From positions 1 through 43,105 of IMG/VR virus record IMGVR_UViG_3300037515_000245: a stretch of 43,105 bases of DNA, one strand, 5' to 3'. Shown in pieces: positions 15,650 through 24,686 of this stretch (within the stretch, counting starts at the first letter, position 1; each line of letters begins with the position of its first letter). This stretch comes from a virus. Taxonomy: Duplodnaviria > Caudoviricetes. The position numbers and the translations under genes were made by a program. The notes beneath the pieces are model-generated. The model had not been told where the DNA came from. It did not search any database and saw only the letters and a program-made list of their open reading frames with translations.

Positions 15650-15685
15650 TAAGGGGAACGGCCATACCAACTGAAGGGGGACACT

Positions 15686-16705
15686 ATGCACAAACCTGTT
15701 ATGATTGTTGGTGAGGCTTGGGGCGAGGAAGAAGAACGACAGGGGAAACCGTTTTGCGGCCCATCCGGCGGGCTGCTTTTCGGTCTCATGACCCAGGCTG
15801 GTATTTCACGCGACGACACCTATCTGACAAACGTCTTCAACCTCCGCCCTCGAGCGAATAATATCGACAACCTCTGCACGGACAAGGCGGACGCCCTCGA
15901 AGGCTACCGCCCGTTGCGCACTTCGCCGACGAAGTATGTCGATAAGAAATATGCCCCAGAACTCGCCCGCCTTCACGACGAGATCGAGCGTGTCCGCCCG
16001 AACGTAATAGTCGCCCTCGGCAACACAGCGCTATGGGCACTCGCGAAAAAGGTCGGCGTGAAAAAGTATCGTGGCAGCCCCCTCATGTCCCACGACGCGA
16101 TGTGGAAAATCCTTCCGACCTGGCATCCATCCGCCATTCTCCGTCAGTGGGAACTCCGCATGATCGTCCTCGCGGATTTGATGAAGGCGCGAGCGGAGTC
16201 AGCTTTCCCAGAACTGCGTCGCCCATCTCACTACATCTACATGGAGCCCTCTCTCCAGGACATTGCCGATTTTTGGCACAAATACCTTGATGCTACACCC
16301 TACGTTTCAGTTGATATTGAAACAAAGGGCGGGCAGATTACTGAAGTCGGCGTCGGCACGGCAGACGGTAAGCACGCGATGGTCATTCCCTTCTGGTCGC
16401 GCGAGAAGACTTCGGGGAACTATTGGCCGACGCTTGAGGACGAGCTTACTGCGTGGGCGTGGGTCCGCAAAATCCTCCGCGAGAAAGGTTCCCTCGGCCA
16501 GAACTTCCAATACGATATGCAGTATTTCTGGCGCGTAGCTCACATGGGTTGCCCGAAATTCATAGGCGACACGATGCTTCTGCATCACAGCCTGCAGCCG
16601 GAACTTGAAAAAGGCCTCGGCTTTCTCGGGTCGATCTACACCAACGAGCCCTCGTGGAAATTCATGCGGCAAGATCACTCGACGATGAAGCGGGAGGACG
16701 ACTGA
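15686..16705 (+). CDS. Uracil-DNA glycosylase family 4-like domain + N-terminal part of 3'-5' exonuclease (DNA polymerase part 1)
   Basis: MIVGEAWG, PFCGPSG, YLTNV, IVALGNTA, TWHPS; ExoI VDIET, ExoII QNFQYD, DTMLLHH. Confidence 0.88.
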   Translation: MHKPVMIVGEAWGEEEERQGKPFCGPSGGLLFGLMTQAGISRDDTYLTNVFNLRPRANNIDNLCTDKADALEGYRPLRTSPTKYVDKKYAPELARLHDEIERVRPNVIVALGNTALWALAKKVGVKKYRGSPLMSHDAMWKILPTWHPSAILRQWELRMIVLADLMKARAESAFPELRRPSHYIYMEPSLQDIADFWHKYLDATPYVSVDIETKGGQITEVGVGTADGKHAMVIPFWSREKTSGNYWPTLEDELTAWAWVRKILREKGSLGQNFQYDMQYFWRVAHMGCPKFIGDTMLLHHSLQPELEKGLGFLGSIYTNEPSWKFMRQDHSTMKREDD

Positions 16706-17037
16706 TGATTTACGTCGCATCACCATACAGCCATCCTGATGAAGCTGTTCGTGAGAAGCGCTACCTCGCTGCTTTCAATTACTGCGCCGCCCAGCTTATC
16801 AACGGTCTCGTGGTTTTCAGCCCGATCGTTTATGGCCATCTTTTCTCTACTCGTTTTGGCATAGCCGGTGACTACCTCACATGGCAGCGCTTCAACGACG
16901 AAATGCTTCTCGCCTGCAACGAAATCCACATTCTCTGCCTTCCAGGCTGGAAAGAGTCAAAAGGCGTAGCGCACGAACTAGCGCTTGCCGCCCAATACAA
17001 CATCGGCTTGAGGATTGGGAATTATGAAGATATTTGA
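16705..17037 (+). CDS. DUF1937-like / nucleoside deoxyribosyltransferase-fold protein
   Basis: MIYVASPYSHPD...VFSPIVYGH...LPGWKESKGVAHE. Confidence 0.8.
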   Translation: MIYVASPYSHPDEAVREKRYLAAFNYCAAQLINGLVVFSPIVYGHLFSTRFGIAGDYLTWQRFNDEMLLACNEIHILCLPGWKESKGVAHELALAAQYNIGLRIGNYEDI

Positions 17038-18622
17038 TACTGCCAACTTGACTGAAGAAGCTATGCGGTTTCTTTCCCCGAACGAGGCGGCTTGGATTTA
17101 CAACGGCCTCGACGTTTGTGTGACCGCCGAGATATACAAGGAGTTGATGAAGCAGCTCGCCGACGAGCCGCCGAACGTCCGTGAGACGTATGAAACGGCG
17201 CTCGCAAAACTCGCCCCGATCATGGAAATGTCAGTCCGCGGAACATTGATTGATGAAACCGCGCGGCAGAAAACCATCGTGGAACTTGAGAAAGATCGGG
17301 ATGAACTGGACGGAAAGTTCCAGCGTATCATGCGCGAGGCTTTCGGCAGTGAGTTGAACTGGCGCTCCCCCACGCAGTTGAAAAATCTATTCTACGGCAC
17401 CCTCGGGCTCAAAGAAATTAAGAAACGTAATACTATGGGGATTTTCGCGCCGACAGTAAATCAAGAAGCCCTGGAGTCCTTCCAGCAGTATTTCTACGCC
17501 GCCCCGCTCGCCAGGATGATCCTTATCATGCGCGATCTGCATAAGCAGGTATCCTTTCTCAAAACCGATATCGACAAAGACCAACGCATCCGCACGAACT
17601 ACAATATCGCCGGAACTAACACCGGCAGGCTCGCATCGTCGATGAACGATTTCGGGACTGGGACGAATTTGCAAAACGTTAACAGAAAACTTCGCTACCC
17701 ATTCGTCGCAGACCCCGGAATGTATATGGTCAACGTGGACCTCGAGCAGGCCGATGGGCGCAACGTAGGCGCGACGTGTTGGAATCTTTTCTACGAGTCG
17801 CACGGGCCAGAGTTCGCGGGCGCCTACCTCGATGCGTGCGAGGGAGGCGACCTTCACACTACCGTTTGCAATATGACCTGGCCCGAGCTTGCGTGGCCGG
17901 AAGACAAAAAGTTGTGGAAGAAATTCTGCGACAGCCTCATCGCGCACGGGCAGGACAGCTACCGGCAGCTTGCGAAGAAGTTGGGCCACGGCACGAATTA
18001 CTACGGCACTCCACGAACAATGGCAAAACACGCTCACGTGCCGACGAAGATCATTGAGAATTTCCAAGCCCGCTACTTCGGCAAGTTCCTCGCAATCCAA
18101 GAATGGCACAGGAAGACCATTTCGCTGATTGAAGAAACAGGAACGATCACAACGCCGTTCGGGCGGCGCCGCATGTTCTTTGGGCGCGGGAATGACGCCG
18201 CAACGCATCGCAAGGCCATTGCATACGGCCCTCAATCAATGACCGGCGAACAAATCGACCGGGGCTTGCTTGCAGTCTGGCGTAAGTATCCCCAAGTCCA
18301 GTTGCTTAACCAAGTCCACGACTCTATTCTTTTCCAAGTCCCATTCAGTGAGGCCGCGGATTTGGTCCCGGAAATCCTCGAAACGATGAAAGTCACGCTT
18401 GAGCTAAAAGGCGGGCGAAAGTTCTACGTGCCACTCGAAGCCGCCGGAGGCTGGAATTGGGGCTACGTTACAACGTGGTCTAAGGACGATTTTCTCGAGG
18501 GGAAATGCCGCGAGGATCGGGTCGGGAAGATCAAAGGCAACCCCCACGGCCTCGCAAAATGGAAGGGCAAGGAAGAGCGGCAGCGGCCTAATCCAACTAC
18601 GAGATTGCGGGATTATTTCTAA
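17024..18622 (+). CDS. Family A DNA polymerase (part 2: ExoIII + polymerase domain)
   Basis: YNGLD (ExoIII), NWRSPTQL, TGRLAS, NLQN, motif A DLEQAD, DLH, motif B RQLAKKLGHGTNY, motif C VHDS. Confidence 0.93.
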   Translation: MKIFDTANLTEEAMRFLSPNEAAWIYNGLDVCVTAEIYKELMKQLADEPPNVRETYETALAKLAPIMEMSVRGTLIDETARQKTIVELEKDRDELDGKFQRIMREAFGSELNWRSPTQLKNLFYGTLGLKEIKKRNTMGIFAPTVNQEALESFQQYFYAAPLARMILIMRDLHKQVSFLKTDIDKDQRIRTNYNIAGTNTGRLASSMNDFGTGTNLQNVNRKLRYPFVADPGMYMVNVDLEQADGRNVGATCWNLFYESHGPEFAGAYLDACEGGDLHTTVCNMTWPELAWPEDKKLWKKFCDSLIAHGQDSYRQLAKKLGHGTNYYGTPRTMAKHAHVPTKIIENFQARYFGKFLAIQEWHRKTISLIEETGTITTPFGRRRMFFGRGNDAATHRKAIAYGPQSMTGEQIDRGLLAVWRKYPQVQLLNQVHDSILFQVPFSEAADLVPEILETMKVTLELKGGRKFYVPLEAAGGWNWGYVTTWSKDDFLEGKCREDRVGKIKGNPHGLAKWKGKEERQRPNPTTRLRDYF

Positions 18623-19812
18623 TGCGCCCGGACTGGATTGACGGATTTCTACAACTTACGGAAAATACCTCCTCACCAAGTATTTTCCGTAAATGGGCTG
18701 CGATAAGCACTATTGCCGGCGCCCTCGAGCGGAAGGTTTGGGTCCGAACACTCGGATCAAATCTTTATCCGAATATGTATGTAGTGCTCGTCGCCCCTCC
18801 CGGCGTCGGGAAAACGGAAGTAACTTGGCGAGTCCGAAAGCTGTGGGAAAGCCTCGAGGATCACTTCATCGCGGCCACGTCAGTGACGAAGGCATCACTC
18901 ATCGACGAGCTGAATGATGCTAATCGCCGCTGGATAACTGGTGTGATAGAAAACCCCGTCGAGCATTTCAATTCCCTTTTGCTCTGCATCAACGAACTCG
19001 GTGTTCTTCTTCCGTCTTACGAGAATGAGTTCATGAACACCCTCACCGATTTGTGGGATTGCAAGCACTACAGCGAGCGGCGCCGGGTCAGCAAGATCGA
19101 GATCGACATCGACAAGCCACAACTTAATTTGCTGGCGGCTTGCACTCCGAGTTACTTGATGAATATCCTTCCTGAGGGGGCATGGGATCAGGGCTTTCTA
19201 TCGCGGACGATGCTGATCTATTCCGGCGACCGCCAGCTGCGTTCGTTGTTCAGTGATACGGTGGAAAATTCGGAACTGCACGAGGCGCTCGAGGCGCAGC
19301 TTGCAACTATCGCTAATATCTACGGGGAGATAAAGTTTTCACCGGAGGCCGCGAAACTCGTGGATGATTTCCACATGCGAGATGGCCGACCGAAGCCCGA
19401 TCACCCGAAATTAATTTCTTATAACATTCGCCGCACAGTGCACCTTCTCAAACTTTGCATCGTCGCGGCAGTCAGTAAGTCAGATCAGCGCCTTATCCAT
19501 GCTGAGGATTTCCACAGGGCATTCGATTGGCTGGTGGAAGCGGAGCGGCAGATGCCGGATATATTCAAGGCGATGGCCCAGGGCGGCGCCGGGAAAATCA
19601 TGGAGGAAGCGTGGTATTACGTCTATACCACCTACTCCCGCGAGCAACAGCCGGTGTTAAAACACCGCTTAATTCAATTCCTGCAAGAGCGAGTTCCCGT
19701 TCACAGTATCGAAACAACGATCCAGATGATGGAGCAGGGGAAAATGATTGAGCAGCGCCTCACGGCTGGAGGCGCTGCTCATATTCCACTCGGCAAGCGT
19801 GGTGGCGGTTAA
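18622..19812 (+). CDS. DUF3987-type P-loop ATPase, probable replicative helicase
   Basis: LYPNMYVVLVAPPGVGKT Walker A, INELG, LWDC, GFLSR. Confidence 0.75.
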   Translation: MRPDWIDGFLQLTENTSSPSIFRKWAAISTIAGALERKVWVRTLGSNLYPNMYVVLVAPPGVGKTEVTWRVRKLWESLEDHFIAATSVTKASLIDELNDANRRWITGVIENPVEHFNSLLLCINELGVLLPSYENEFMNTLTDLWDCKHYSERRRVSKIEIDIDKPQLNLLAACTPSYLMNILPEGAWDQGFLSRTMLIYSGDRQLRSLFSDTVENSELHEALEAQLATIANIYGEIKFSPEAAKLVDDFHMRDGRPKPDHPKLISYNIRRTVHLLKLCIVAAVSKSDQRLIHAEDFHRAFDWLVEAERQMPDIFKAMAQGGAGKIMEEAWYYVYTTYSREQQPVLKHRLIQFLQERVPVHSIETTIQMMEQGKMIEQRLTAGGAAHIPLGKRGGG

Positions 19813-19954
19813 CGGCGGAAGTCTCGGTTATTCTCGAGATTTGCGACTGTTCCCGCCAGCAGAGTCTTAGCGGCGCGCATCACATCTGCACCCCCGCCCA
19901 CGAATAGCTACCACGCCGCCAGCCTCAGCCAAAACACCGCGAGCCACACACAGA

Positions 19955-20230
19955 TCAGGACGGCTCACCAATCGCAGGCACATAAACTAGTCCTATCGGC
20001 CCGCCCGCAGCAATGCACGACAGACCAGAGGCATTCGAAATAATCGCAATCCACTCGCCGCCCGGCGATATGAATATCTCCGTAACCCGCGATCCGTCAG
20101 CGTCGAGCCCGGAAAACACTCGGCGCATATCCCGAGCCGCAATACCGTCGTGCAGATCGGGCGTGGAAAAGCACTCCTGCGCCGCAGCTGGGCTTGCCGT
20201 CATCATCAGAGCTAGTGCCACCCGTTTCAT
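19955..20230 (-). CDS. Secreted hypothetical protein
   Basis: Signal peptide MKRVALALMMTASPAAA|QEC, two Cys. Confidence 0.7.
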   Translation of the reverse strand: MKRVALALMMTASPAAAQECFSTPDLHDGIAARDMRRVFSGLDADGSRVTEIFISPGGEWIAIISNASGLSCIAAGGPIGLVYVPAIGEPS

Positions 20231-20481
20231 TGTTCGGCCCCCCGCAGGATTTCATCAACCGCAATCAGCCGCGCCGCCGTGCAGCGATATGCCTGCGCCA
20301 GACCAACCACTGCATCACTGTAGGCGCCTTCGGTTGTGGCGCGCGCCAATGTCGGCGCTGGGCATGGCCTGCGAAGATTGTCCGGCACGCTGACCGGCAA
20401 CAGCGCCACGCGCGGCTCACTGGCGCACGATGCGATCAGCGGCAGCGCCAGAAGCGCGCAGTAGCGGTGATAGCGGCGCAT
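20227..20481 (-). CDS. o-spanin (Rz1-like lipoprotein)
   Basis: Lipobox LIASC, Pro-rich, overlaps 3' end of i-spanin. Confidence 0.75.
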   Translation of the reverse strand: MRRYHRYCALLALPLIASCASEPRVALLPVSVPDNLRRPCPAPTLARATTEGAYSDAVVGLAQAYRCTAARLIAVDEILRGAEQ

Positions 20482-20758
20482 CTCTGCCCTCCATTTGCAT
20501 CAGCCCTTCGATTTCCGCCGCGCTGGCAGCAAGCTCTGCTTCCATGCGCGCCAAGTGTGCCCGGTTGACAGCATTGGCCTCAGCGGCCTGTTCTGCGGCC
20601 CGGGTGAGTGTCATCACAGATGCCCGCGCGGTTTCCAACTGCCCCGCAAGCCTCACAGCCCGCGACTGTTGCCACCACGCATAGGCGCCCAACGCCACCG
20701 CCACGGCGGCTACACCAGCAAGCAGGTAGCGCTGTATCATCGCGATGATCATACCCAT
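20417..20758 (-). CDS. i-spanin (Rz-like)
   Basis: N-terminal TM (LLAGVAAVAVALGAYAWW) plus coiled coil; follows endolysin. Confidence 0.75.
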   Translation of the reverse strand: MGMIIAMIQRYLLAGVAAVAVALGAYAWWQQSRAVRLAGQLETARASVMTLTRAAEQAAEANAVNRAHLARMEAELAASAAEIEGLMQMEGRDAPLSPLLRASGAAADRIVRQ

Positions 20759-21366
20759 GCTCGCACCCGTGCGCGGTGCTGCGCATCCGTCAGCCGATAT
20801 TTCGGGTCCATGAACTCTTCGGCGCGCGTGATCCAGCCGCCCTTGCCGCCGTCGCGCCTGCGTGCGTATTTGCGACTGGCCGGGCGGGCATCGCCAATCG
20901 CGTAGTAGAAGGCCCGGCGCGCTTCGCCATATGCGTTCACCAAGTCTGGCGCCCAACCGCGAACGTCAAAGTCGTGGTGTGCCGCCCTGATGGTTTGCGG
21001 GCCAAGAACCCCGTCCACCGAAACGCGGCCTTCACGCGCGTTTAGCAGCTTCTGCAAAATGCGGATCGCGTTGCTTCCGGCGTTGACATACATATCGAAC
21101 ACCGGCGCTTGCAGCGGTCCCGGCAGCAGGTCTATCTGCGGACCCTTGAAATAGTGGTCGATGAAAATCTGTTCTGCCAGATCGGCATCGACAAGCCGCA
21201 CGTCCGCCTCATCCACCAGCCCGTCGCGGTTCAGGTCCAGCCCGAGGCGGCGCATGGTGCCGATGGTCACGCCGAAGTTGGTGGCACCGCCTGGGTCGCT
21301 TGGATCGTTCACGAATCCGCCTTCGCGCTCCACGATGCCTTGCGCGATTTCTCGAACAGTCTTCAT
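20749..21366 (-). CDS. Endolysin, glycoside hydrolase family 108 with PG-binding C-terminus
   Basis: EGGFVNDPSDPGGATNFGVT, FDMYVNAG, VDGVLGPQT, GWITR. Confidence 0.92.
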   Translation of the reverse strand: MKTVREIAQGIVEREGGFVNDPSDPGGATNFGVTIGTMRRLGLDLNRDGLVDEADVRLVDADLAEQIFIDHYFKGPQIDLLPGPLQAPVFDMYVNAGSNAIRILQKLLNAREGRVSVDGVLGPQTIRAAHHDFDVRGWAPDLVNAYGEARRAFYYAIGDARPASRKYARRRDGGKGGWITRAEEFMDPKYRLTDAQHRARVRAWV

Positions 21367-21569
21367 CACTTGCCCCCTATCTGTTTGGACCATGCATCGA
21401 ACCCGAACGCAGCACCGGCGATGGTGTAGGTATAGAGTGCCATAAACTTCGCCATTTCCATAGCCTCCGGACTACGCACTGCCCAGAACACCAGTCCCCA
21501 ATGCAGCACCAGCCCGGCCACTGCCACCTCGCGCTTGAATGTCTTCGGAGTTGGTTCGGTGGCCATCAT
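21366..21569 (-). CDS. Probable holin (2 TM)
   Basis: 67 aa, two hydrophobic segments, directly upstream of endolysin. Confidence 0.6.
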   Translation of the reverse strand: MMATEPTPKTFKREVAVAGLVLHWGLVFWAVRSPEAMEMAKFMALYTYTIAGAAFGFDAWSKQIGGK

Positions 21570-21892
21570 CGCCCCCCGCCACTCAAGATGGCATCGCGCA
21601 GCAGCCGGTTGGTTTCCGCTTGCCCTTCCAACAGCCGCGCCACATCGCGTTGCAGCGCGGAGAGCGTCGAGCGGTCACTTGCACTCGACGTTTCAAGTGA
21701 TCGCATCCGGGCATCCTGTGCCGTTAGTGCCGCTTTTTGTGCAATGAGTTCAGCGGCGTTTTGGGCCACTGTCGTTGTCAAACTGTTGATCGTGACCCTG
21801 AACTGCCCATATGCGGCAGTCATGGCAATAGCCAAGCCAGCCAAGTAAATCAGCACGTTCCAATTCATCGTCGGATCGAATTTTAAGCTCAT
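21566..21892 (-). CDS. Membrane-anchored coiled-coil lysis-cassette protein
   Basis: One N-terminal TM plus heptad repeats. Confidence 0.6.
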   Translation of the reverse strand: MSLKFDPTMNWNVLIYLAGLAIAMTAAYGQFRVTINSLTTTVAQNAAELIAQKAALTAQDARMRSLETSSASDRSTLSALQRDVARLLEGQAETNRLLRDAILSGGGR

Positions 21893-21902
21893 ATTCCAGC
21901 CC

Positions 21903-22184
21903 TCAGCCACCGATCTTGAAGTTCCGCCAGACAACCACGGCATAAATCAGCGCCACGGTTGACAGGCCCATGAACCACCCGCCAGACCACAGCGCCGCTG
22001 CGAGAGCAACGCCCGCGCCCTTCGTGATGATCATGGCAGGGACTAATCCAAACCGGTCAATGAACCACGCGATCACCGGGTTTGCCTCGCGGCCTTTGCC
22101 GGATTGCAGCGCCCGCAGCGTGCTGAACCCGTCGAGCACCTGCATCAGGATTGCAGCGACGAATGCGCTATCAAGAGCAGTCAT
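21903..22184 (-). CDS. DUF5658-like membrane protein
   Basis: LD..ST..AL..G.GREANPV motif, hydrophobic. Confidence 0.7.
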   Translation of the reverse strand: MTALDSAFVAAILMQVLDGFSTLRALQSGKGREANPVIAWFIDRFGLVPAMIITKGAGVALAAALWSGGWFMGLSTVALIYAVVVWRNFKIGG

Positions 22185-22192
22185 GTGGCCTC

Positions 22193-22552
22193 CTAGGCTA
22201 TGTCGTCGGTAATCTGCACGACGATGTTGGTGTTATTTGGGAACGTCACAGTGACCCCCGCCGATACTGTAACCTCAAACTCCGCATAAAACACCCCCGC
22301 AGTGTCGGTGTCGCCCGACGCCCAATCGTAAAACAACACGCCGTCAGTCGGAGTGTATGCGGTTTCAACTCCGTCAATAGTGTAGGTGCCATCGGCCACG
22401 GTTGCCGTCTGGCGGTTGACTTTGACAGTGCCGTCTGCGTCTCGCATCGAGAACACCGCCGCCAGTCCAGTCAAATCAAGCACAGGGCTTGTCTGCCAGA
22501 AGATCGACGGCGCCCGGTCATTTTGTTTGATATAGAACGTTTCTGTCATCAT
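22193..22552 (-). CDS. BppU N-terminal-like baseplate/fibre anchor protein
   Basis: FYIKQND...DLTG...YDWASGDTDTAG.FYAEFEVT...TFPN. Confidence 0.75.
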   Translation of the reverse strand: MMTETFYIKQNDRAPSIFWQTSPVLDLTGLAAVFSMRDADGTVKVNRQTATVADGTYTIDGVETAYTPTDGVLFYDWASGDTDTAGVFYAEFEVTVSAGVTVTFPNNTNIVVQITDDIA

Positions 22553-24231
22553 GCACTCCTGAGGAATATCCCACCACGCGGGCCACCGCCGATCAAGGCG
22601 CCCCCACGCGGTCCTGTAAGAACCTGTCCGCCCCTTACCGACCCGGACAACGCACCTTGTGTCAGAACGACTGCGCCAATCGAAATAGTCGGCGTAAGTG
22701 CCGCGATGGTAATGACCGCAGACGGCACCGCCACACTGGCCCCAGAAGACACTACGGGCGCGAGCGAAGTCACGTTGATATTCGCCACCGGCACAATGAT
22801 GGTCTTGCCTGCGCTGATCGTAGGCGCCAGTGCCGTAATTGCCATCGCTGCGACAGGGACAGTGACAGAAGCGCCCGTGGTAACACTTGGCGCCAAGGCG
22901 GCGACAGCAACGGTCGCAGACGGAACCGACACCGACGCCCCTGCCGATACGCTGGGCACCAAAGCGGCAATTACGATATTTGCCGCCGGAACATTGATCG
23001 TGACGCCGCTGCCCGCCGAAATCGTTGGTGCAAGCGCCGTGATGGTAATGCTCGCCGCAGGAACTGCAACAGTCTTTCCCGCGCTGATCTGCGGCACAAG
23101 GGCCGTCACGTTAATCGTCGCGGCTGGAACGGATATAGAAGCACCAGTCGAAACGGACGGCGCCAGCGCCGAAATCGCAATTACCGAGGCAGGAACATCG
23201 ACTACCACGCCGCTGCCCGCCGTCACTGTTGGGGCCAGCGCAGAGATCGTAATTGTTGCCGATGGGACGATTACCGCTGCCCCAGAACTGATCTGCGGAA
23301 CCAGGGCTTCGACGGTGATCTGCGTCGCCGGCACTTGAACAGAGGCGCCTGCTGACACATTCGGCGCGAGAGCGGCAATCGACACAACGGCACTCGGAAC
23401 CGCCACCGAAGCACCGGCAGAGACAACCGGAGCTAAAGCCGCAACGCTGATTGTCGCCGCCGGGACAGCGACAGTTTTTCCCGTCGCGATAGCTGGCGCC
23501 AACGCTGCGATAGTTATGGTAGACGCGGGAACGTTAATTGTTGCGCCGCCTGCCTCAGCCGCCGAAAACACCAGCACCCCAACGATGCCCTCATTACCAG
23601 AGCCGTTCGAGGTGATCGTGGCGGTCTTGACGCCGCTTGCCTGCCCGCTGGCCTGCATTGCGAAGGTATGTGTGAGAGCGTTGCTAGCACCGATGAAGTT
23701 GGTATGCGCATCAGTGTGCGGGTCAAAACTAATGGTGCTTGGGATACTCCCCCCGGAACTGTTGCGGCATCCGCCGATTGCAATCGAGAACAGATCGCTG
23801 CCGGAAACGCTGTCAGTATCGCCGCTGTTCAGCCCGCTCCAGTCCGCCGTGCCGCTGTGCGCCGCGGCAAACGCCTCAAAGGCCCAGTCATAGGCACCAT
23901 CGGCTTGGACCTGCAGCACCGATTGCCGCCGGGTGTTCGTCGTGCCGTCCGAGAACGAGACGATAGTATTCTCACCGGTTGGACCTGCCGTGCGCTGCCA
24001 GACCGACAGCGAATGGCGCGCATTTGCATCGCCAAGTTCCTGATCGACGGCAAACCTCTTGACCCAGGTGCCGCCGTCATCGTCGCTCACCGCATGCGCG
24101 GCGCTGCCTGTCCCCGAACGCTCGCTGACGACCGCCAGCACCAGCGCATCCGCCGCCATGAAGTATGTCTTGCTCAGCGGATTGGCGGTGCCGGTGGCTG
24201 TGTCTGACAGTGCGAGCGTGAAGGTCGTCAC
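22549..24231 (-). CDS. Fibre-like virion protein with 13 tandem 22-24 aa repeats
   Basis: Repeat consensus VPAATIxIxALAPxVSAGASVx after a globular N-terminal domain. Confidence 0.75.
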   Translation of the reverse strand: MTTFTLALSDTATGTANPLSKTYFMAADALVLAVVSERSGTGSAAHAVSDDDGGTWVKRFAVDQELGDANARHSLSVWQRTAGPTGENTIVSFSDGTTNTRRQSVLQVQADGAYDWAFEAFAAAHSGTADWSGLNSGDTDSVSGSDLFSIAIGGCRNSSGGSIPSTISFDPHTDAHTNFIGASNALTHTFAMQASGQASGVKTATITSNGSGNEGIVGVLVFSAAEAGGATINVPASTITIAALAPAIATGKTVAVPAATISVAALAPVVSAGASVAVPSAVVSIAALAPNVSAGASVQVPATQITVEALVPQISSGAAVIVPSATITISALAPTVTAGSGVVVDVPASVIAISALAPSVSTGASISVPAATINVTALVPQISAGKTVAVPAASITITALAPTISAGSGVTINVPAANIVIAALVPSVSAGASVSVPSATVAVAALAPSVTTGASVTVPVAAMAITALAPTISAGKTIIVPVANINVTSLAPVVSSGASVAVPSAVITIAALTPTISIGAVVLTQGALSGSVRGGQVLTGPRGGALIGGGPRGGIFLRSA

Positions 24232-24237
24232 AGGGGT

Positions 24238-24441
24238 TTACTCCACAGCCGCCGCAAGGCCCACGTTGTGCGCCTCGATCTCGGCCAGCAGCGCCTTGAT
24301 CGTGTCGCGCGTGCCAACGCCGCTGGCGGGCATATCCACGATCCTGACGGCCTCCTTGCGGCGCAGATCGACAACCAGCGCCACCAGGCCGACAGAATCG
24401 CCCGCCCCATTGGTCTTGGGTTTCATCTGCAGAAGTTTCAT
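24238..24441 (-). CDS. Small hypothetical protein
   Basis: 67 aa, GAGG RBS, overlap with upstream ORF. Confidence 0.5.
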   Translation of the reverse strand: MKLLQMKPKTNGAGDSVGLVALVVDLRRKEAVRIVDMPASGVGTRDTIKALLAEIEAHNVGLAAAVE

Positions 24442-24686
24442 TTCAGTGTCCTCTTTTTGAAGGGTGTCGCCACCCGGTTGATTTTGCAGTCTATCATGTG
24501 GCTCAGCACGACCGACTGCGCCTCGCGGTAAACCGTCTCGCTGCCCCAGAGCTCCGGCACAAAGGCGCGCTGCCCGATCAGCGCCACGTCAGGCAACCAC
24601 TCGGGCACATGCGCCGTGCCGACCTCGCCGTGGTTGCGCGCCAGCAGCCGCACCGTGATCATGCCCGGAACAGGGGTTGGCAGCAT
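24438..24686 (-). CDS. Small hypothetical protein (MLPTPVPG...)
   Basis: TAATG coupling to upstream gene. Confidence 0.5.
   Translation of the reverse strand: MLPTPVPGMITVRLLARNHGEVGTAHVPEWLPDVALIGQRAFVPELWGSETVYREAQSVVLSHMIDCKINRVATPFKKRTLK

Noticed and set aside
15686-18622. 2-aminoadenine (Z-genome) or deazaguanine system
   Set aside because: No PurZ, DatZ, DpdA or Que/FolE-like genes recognised
22151-23338. 395-aa plus-strand repetitive ORF
   Set aside because: Antisense mirror of the repeat fibre gene
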